Shown here: piece after piece, positions 56,804 to 64,000 of the stretch
How positions within the stretch are numbered: the stretch's first letter is position 1
Layout of the letters: every line of letters starts with the position of its first letter
DNA from: the human T2T-CHM13v2.0 reference genome, Homo sapiens
Length of the DNA stretch: 64,000 nt
Reading direction: 5' to 3' (one strand)
NCBI RefSeq assembly: GCF_009914755.1
Contig: NC_060933.1
Notes under the pieces: generated by a model
Database searches by the model: none
What the model was told of the DNA's origin: nothing
What the model saw: the letters and a program-made list of their open reading frames with translations, nothing else
Program-made: the position numbers and the translations under genes

Positions 56804-58054
56804 AATATTTTAGAAACTTTCTTCTGAATGGGGCCTCTGAAAGAATCTGTCCAAATATTTTGTAAATTCAAAAACTGAAAATATCAGAAGGTTTGTAAAT
56901 TGTGTTTACATTTAATAACTCCAGTATTCAAAAATATTTGTAGCCTGTATTATATGGTATAAATATTTCATATGATGTCATTATTAAAATGTTTTAAATT
57001 TATCCGTGTACCTACGTAACTAGTAAACTTTCATTACTGAAGTTGAAAAGCTTCAAATCATAGAGCTGTTCTAAGAAAATCTCTAAACTGAAACATACTT
57101 TGAGAAGAGTCAGTACAGAAAATTTCCAACATTTTTCCAGTCTCTCCTTTACTGATCCCACCTCTCCTGTTAAAAAGCAATACATCAAAAAGTCTGTTTG
57201 AGTATACCTTTTTATTTAAGATAATATTTACATTGGGAACTAATAAAAGTTTAGATTAAATTACATACAGTTCTCAATACATATTTATTTTAATGACATG
57301 ACTGATGCTCAAGCAACTTATTAATAGTATGTAAAATGAACTGGATCACACAAATGTACATTAGAGTTTGTTACTTTGTAGGCCCTTTGTGAGGCTCTTC
57401 CTGCTCCCTTCCCAGCTACACTCTGGGCTCCCCAGGCCTTCCTCTCAACCTCACAGATCTCTGGCACTAATATCAGCAGAGGAAGGAGTGGAGATGAGGC
57501 TAACTAGACTAAAACAATGGGGAAGGGAAGAAGACAGAGCAAGCAAAGTACCTTGTGACCTTAAAATAATGAGCCATGTTTTCCTGCGTGTCTAGTGAAC
57601 TGTCTCTAAAGACAATTCAAAAAAAGAAACTATAAAAATGTTGAGAATAAAAGCAACATCCTTGTGATTAAAAGCCTGCCCTACCAAGTTTGCTGCTTTG
57701 AAGCACAACACACATTTGAATGTAACTGAAAAGAAAATTTCAGCATGTTTAGAAGGTAAGAAATGCCAGGTGAGGTGCAAACCTGCCTTACAACTTGACA
57801 ATTATTGTTTATAACTTATATTTCAATCTTTTAAAATAGTTGATAAAAGACATAATGTTCTCCCTTCCTCCCATTTATTATCAAGATAATGAGGAACTTC
57901 TCAGCTGAGATAGGAATAAATTTTTTTGATTCAGGGTGAAACTCTGCTGAGTGCCTGTAAATTTTCAGAATTTTTCAGTATTTTTGCCGTTGAAGCAACA
58001 GTAGTGGATGAGCAAAGAGTGAAAATTTCAATGCAAGTGAAATTTCTAAATGGT

Positions 58055-58573
58055 GGTGGTAAACCAGAATAGCCATGGAAGACAACATCTTTGCAGGTTC
58101 TAGGGATTTGGATGTGAACAGTTCCCCCTTCAAAAAATGTTCACATCCAAATCCCTAGAACCTGCAAATATGTTACCTTCCATGGCAAGACGGACTACAA
58201 ATGTGATCAACTTAAGGGTCTTGAGATGGAGAGATTATTCTGGATTATCCAGATTGGCAAAATATAATTACAAATATCCTTATAAGAGGGAGACAAGGGG
58301 GCCAGAGTCAGAGAGAAGCTATACCAACAGAAGCAGAGGTTGGAGTGATGCTCTTTGAAGATGGAGAAAGGGGGTGTGAGTCAAGAATTGCAGCAGTCTC
58401 TAAAAGCTGAAAAAGGCCAGGAAACAGATTTTCCCCTAGAGCCTCTAGATGGATTTTACCCTAAGACACATTTCAGCCTTCTGACTTCCAGAACTGTAAA
58501 ATAATAAATTTGTGCTGCTTTAAGTCATGGAATGTGTGGTATTTTATCACAGCAGCAATACAAAACTAATACA
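58055..58573 (+). mobile_element. MLT1 (C/D-like) solo LTR with internal inverted duplication
   Basis: gtggt...cagaata...gaacctgcaaatatgttacctt...gagatggagagattattctggattatc...aactaataca. Confidence 0.85.
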
Positions 58574-58824
58574 GCAAGCATTGCAGAGCATGAACACAAC
58601 ATATGCCTCAACCCTCTGCAGTTATTTTTTTTTCACCAGCTATAGTTTTCATCCTTATACTTATCATAATCCCATTGCCAATAACAGGAAGCACTAACGA
58701 TGTAAAGTTCATCATATGGGTAAAACAAAATATGTTTGTACTATAAAGACAACCTATCAGCAAGTAAAACTTTCCATTTATCAAATTCATTTAACTAAAA
58801 CTTATTGAATAAAGAAGTGACCAC

Positions 58825-59128
58825 GGCCGGGTGCTGTGGCTCACGCCTGAAATCCCAGCACTTTGGGAGGCCGAGGTGGTGGATCAACTGAGGTCAGGAG
58901 TTCAAGACCAGCCTGGCCAACATGGTGAAACCCCGTTTCTACTAAAAATACAAAAATGTGTAAAGCATGATGGCGGATGCCTGTAATTCCAGCTACTTGG
59001 AAGGCGGAGGCAGGAGAATCACTTGAATCTGGGAGGTGGAGATTTCAGTGAGCCAAGATCGTGCCATTGCACTCTAGCCTGGGCGACTTAGCAAAACTCC
59101 GTCTCAAAAAAAAAAAAAAAAAAAAAAA
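58825..59128 (+). mobile_element. Alu (AluS)
   Basis: Dimeric Alu; TSD-like gtgacca. Confidence 0.93.
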
Positions 59129-59431
59129 GACGTGACCAACACCAATAAAAATTCCCACCCAGTTGGAATTTACATTCTAATGGGAGACATGGGCAATAAA
59201 TATATTACGCAATTTTATGTAAAGATACACTTTCTGTGGAAAGCGCAAATACTAGCTGATTCTGGAAAACTAAATCAAGTGTCCCTTCATAAACCCAACT
59301 TCCAGGTTCATGAACCCTTTACTAACTGTAAAATGTTTTTTCCTCAGGTATTCAAGTGAAACCTCCAGGGATTCCTCAAGGCCTGCCATTTCATTTCACA
59401 TCAATTTTCTCAAATTTTATGGGATAATCAC

Positions 59432-59912
59432 TGTGAAAAAAACATTTTAAATGGTCCATTTTCAAGGCATGATAAATCTAACTACTGGCAGCCAGCCTAA
59501 GGATGTAAAAAACCACACAGCTTGTGCACCTGGAAAGTCACGATAAGCGAACAGACTGTAAAGGAGAGGTCAGCCCATAAAAGGGAAGAAAGTTTCATTA
59601 TTGGGAAATCAAACTTAAGCTGGGAAGGCGATGGGAGGGTATAACCTTATAAGGGGGGTAATAAAACTTAGGCTTTGTCTGGAAAGATTGTAACCCGATA
59701 GTACTCGACCAGTGAGGAACTGGGGCAGGGACTTGCATGCTAGGAGATAAATTACATGCTGATTTATCATTAGGAGATAAATTAGGAGATTGGGTGTGCC
59801 TGCCTACCAGACACCCAATCTTGCAAGACCACCATGCAAAGTCTTGCTTCCACTGTTCTTTGTGTCTCCAAGTCCATTCTTTGAGTTTGGATGGGTGAAT
59901 GTGTTTCTCACA
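59432..59912. mobile_element. ERVL-class solo LTR (LTR47-like)
   Basis: TGTGA...TCACA ends with 5-bp TSD atcac. Family name from recall. Confidence 0.8.
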
Positions 59913-61431
59913 ATCACTTTCTAAAGAAGGCATAAATGAATATTACTGCCATTCTCCAGCCTCTGTCCCTATTATCCACCTCTAGCCTACATGTCATGTT
60001 CTGGCCAAACAGAAAAGAAGGTTGAACTCCAGGGAATAAAAAAGCATGGTTAACTAGAAATACGACCAGTAATACCCAAGCCCTGTTAGTATGTTCCCTT
60101 TGCATTATTTGTGGATAAAGCACTTTTCAACAAGATGTGGAAGTATAATATTCTTACATTTATGCCTGAAGTTATTAACCAGTAATTGTTCCAAGTGACT
60201 TTTTTTGAATGACATTTAATGGGACTATACAGATAATTTCATACTATCCATGTTTTTACCCAACTGAGGAACTATTTACAAGATCAGACTGCAAACAGAA
60301 AATAAATCTGTGTACAAAAAAATGATTTAGAATTCAGAGATATCCTTCATTCCTTTCTCTCCTTACCCCTTACATTCCGTTCATCAGTATCTTCTAAAAT
60401 TTTACCTACAGAAAATCACTTGATCAGTCAATTTTTTTCCATTTCATTATTATAATGCTAATCCAAGCCACCATCATGTTATACTTGGACCTGAATTGAT
60501 CTCTCGCCTCTCTGCAATCCATTCTTCAAGAGCAGTCACAGTAATACTTTTGATTTTATTAAAGAATATTGAAAGTTCAGTAAATATAAATAATTTTACA
60601 ACAAACATCAGTGTTTTCACTACCTAGAGTTTACAAATTGTTAATAATTTGTGTTTACATATGAGTGGTATTACAAATATGGTAACAGAAATGGACATTA
60701 CAAATACGGTGATGTCCTTTTTGTTCTCTTCCTCATTCCCATAGTCTAGAATTAGTCACCACCTTAAATTTGGTGTTTATCCTTCCAGGCTGTTTTTATA
60801 CTTTTATTCTATATATGTGTTTACAAGCAAAATATGGAATGGTTTTATATCCTTAAAAATTACATAAATGGTATCATTCTCTACTTTCTTTATTCCATTG
60901 AACATTACTTAATTGAAGGCTATCCCTGTTGATTCTTATAGATCCTGTTTTTCCATTTTAATTGCTGTGTATTGTATTCCACTGTGTGAATACATCATTA
61001 TTATTTCAATTGTCTTACAGATTGATGTTTAGTTGCTTTACGTTTTTCTCTACTACAATGCCCCAGTGAGCTCACTGGTGACTTTTTGTGCACATGTATA
61101 CAGCTTTCATTACCTAGATATAGAATTGCAAGATAAGGAATGCACATTTTCAATTAGATCTTCCCAAAGAGGTTGTGCTGACTTACACTCTCACCAGTTA
61201 TGAATCCTGGATTCAGTATTTTCAAACTTTAAATTTTTTTCTAATTGTTGCTTTAATGGGATTTCTGTGATGACTAATGAGATCATATGACAATTGGACA
61301 TTCTTTTATGAATTATCTTCTTCATATCTATTGCCCATTTTCTATTGTATTGTTTGTCTTTTAGAAGTTTTATGTTGCAAATATCTTCTCTTAGTCTAAG
61401 CCTTATCTTTTCACTTTATAGAAATTTAAAG

Positions 61432-61488
61432 GGATTTTTGCAATTACTTTTAATGGCAAAAACAACAATTACTTTTGCACCAACCGAA
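61432..61488. mobile_element. Truncated MADE1 (Hsmar1 MITE)
   Basis: tttttgcaattacttttaatggcaaaaacaacaattacttttgcaccaacc; outer part of one TIR is missing. Confidence 0.85.
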
Positions 61489-61586
61489 AATAAGATATTA
61501 TTTGTTATTTGAAATTTTTAATCAAAGGGACATTTAAAAACAAATTAGATAATAGTACTAAGTTTTTGTTAAAATTAAACAGTAAC

Positions 61587-61901
<315 letters not shown>

Positions 61902-62314
61902 TTACTATAAATCGTGTATAGTTTGTAGTATATCGTGGAATATAATGGAGGATGAACCTATCATTCCCAACAGTCCCTAGAATAATGCTTTGCATGTAGC
62001 GGGTATTCAACAAATATTTGTTGGATAAATGAATGATTATTTTTGTTACTGTGATAAAATTCTAACTTAAGAAACTTATACCCTGTATTGGATAGTCAAG
62101 ATTCTGATTCTGAGAGTGATCAAAGCAGAGAAGTAGCACATATCATAGAGTTTTTCTTAATGGGGTTTCCTTCTTTCTAAATATACTGCACATCCTATGA
62201 GTCCCACAGTCAGGCTTACCTCAGCTAAGAGGATTGAGATATCACACAACAACCTTTGCAGGAGAAGAAAAGGTTACAAAACAGAGCAAATCTGGGTTTC
62301 AGAACAAAGGGAGT

Positions 62315-62570
62315 GCATGTAGAATAGTGGCTAATAGCATGGATTGTGGAGTCAGCCCAACTGGGCTTTAACCCTGGGTCTTCTACTTGTTAGCCGGATA
62401 AACTTAGATCACCTACCTTGTCTAATTCTCAATTTCAACAAATACAAAATAAGAAAAATTATGTCTCTCTCATAGCAAACCATTGGGATTAAATGACCTA
62501 ATGTATTAAAGCCTCTTCACAGTACCCAACACCAAAGTGTTCAAAAATGGTAGCAGTTAGTATTATTAAA
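62315..62570 (+). mobile_element. MIR
   Basis: tagtggctaatagcatggattgtggagtcag...ctcatag...gattaaatga. Confidence 0.65.
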
Positions 62571-63158
62571 TGGAAGTTATTATACATTCTCAGATATTAT
62601 ATAATGGCAATGCAGCAATTTAAAATTTTAATGGCATTTACACATTGCATTATGGCTATAATGTATTAAGGAGTGCCTTTTCGCTATAAGAACAAATAGT
62701 CTCAGATGATGTACTTTCTATTTTGATTTCCAGTTTCCATTGATAATTATTATAGACTTGGACAAATTTCAGGTATTGTTGCCTAAGCCTTTTGTTTTTA
62801 AAAATGTTCCTATCTTTAAGGCTTTCTATATAATTGTAGATAATACATAAATGTGATTATATACCTGCTTTCATAATGAATTTTTAAAAATCTCATCTCC
62901 TTTCTCCCCACTTCAACCTCCTTACATCCCATTTCCATTGTAATTCATGTTAATAGCCTAGTATGTATCCTTACATTTTTACTCTTGATTTATGTAATTC
63001 CATGCAGAACTATTCATACATATACTTACATATATTGCAAATGCAGGGTTTTAAAAATCATTAATTTTAAAAATGGGGCCATATTATAAAGCAGGTTACT
63101 TTTCTCACCCAACATTACCTGGGAGAAATACATCCAAATCATTTGGGTATAAAGTTGA

Positions 63159-63491
<333 letters not shown>

Positions 63492-64000
63492 TTGAATTCA
63501 TATTTTTGATGGCAGCACAATATTGCATGATTAGAGGTAGCATTATCTATTGAGCAATCCTTCATCTGTTGATTTTGTTTCCATTTTTTGGCAATGCAGA
63601 CGCTGCTACAATAAATATCCTTGTATGTCTTTACTGATCTGTTTATTTCTTTGGGATAGATTCACAGGAGTAGGATTGCTAGACTGGAGGACATGTGCAT
63701 TTTACATTTTAATAGATATTGATGAATCTTTTCCATTAACAGCAGGGAATATAACAGCAAGTGACATTTTAGGTCACTTTTATAGAAAATGTCACTTGTG
63801 TACAACAGTTATGTAGCAATAAATGTAACATCTTTTAAAAAAGAGAAAACAATTTCTGGTAAGGAAGTTCTAAACAAAGAAGCATTCCATCGGGATATGC
63901 CCTCCTTTAAAATTACTGTTATTAGAAAGTGGAATTCGGTAGGGGATTGGAGCAGGGGCAGGAAGCTCGAAGAAGAAAGAATACGGAAATACAAATCTTT

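Noticed and set aside
61432-61488. miR-548-type hairpin from MADE1
   Set aside because: One TIR is mostly missing, leaving only a short stem.

Overview
Primate (very likely human) genomic DNA, AT-rich and repeat-dense. It holds the 3' half of IFT74 (intraflagellar transport 74) on the + strand. Eight spliced coding exons (7604-7683, 23319-23372, 25851-25948, 26725-26851, 34186-34349, 34911-35036, 39172-39232, 41199-41317) join in frame to give ...[18 protein letters not shown]...DALHSTSGN*, followed by a poly(A) signal at 41488. From memory these are exons 13-20. About 22 kb of 3' flank follows. Almost all ORFs in the supplied track are Alu/L1/LTR artefacts. Main points: (1) the terminal intron is U12-type, and its donor encodes an in-frame stop if the intron is retained; (2) a near full-length Tigger transposase fossil with MER2/MER2B-like ends supplies an in-frame alternative last exon (DPTNYGWKILEKNTGSFKKQV*); (3) a twin-primed inverted L1; (4) a 49-bp-arm hairpin made by inverted duplication inside an MLT1 LTR; (5) several local templated duplications and nested TE histories. 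I see no prokaryote-style novel system. The best candidate for undescribed biology is a pair of RNA-processing exits that both remove the IFT74 C-terminus. Repeat family names, exon numbers and residue numbers come from recall of consensus and reference sequences, not database searches. Repeat boundaries are approximate.
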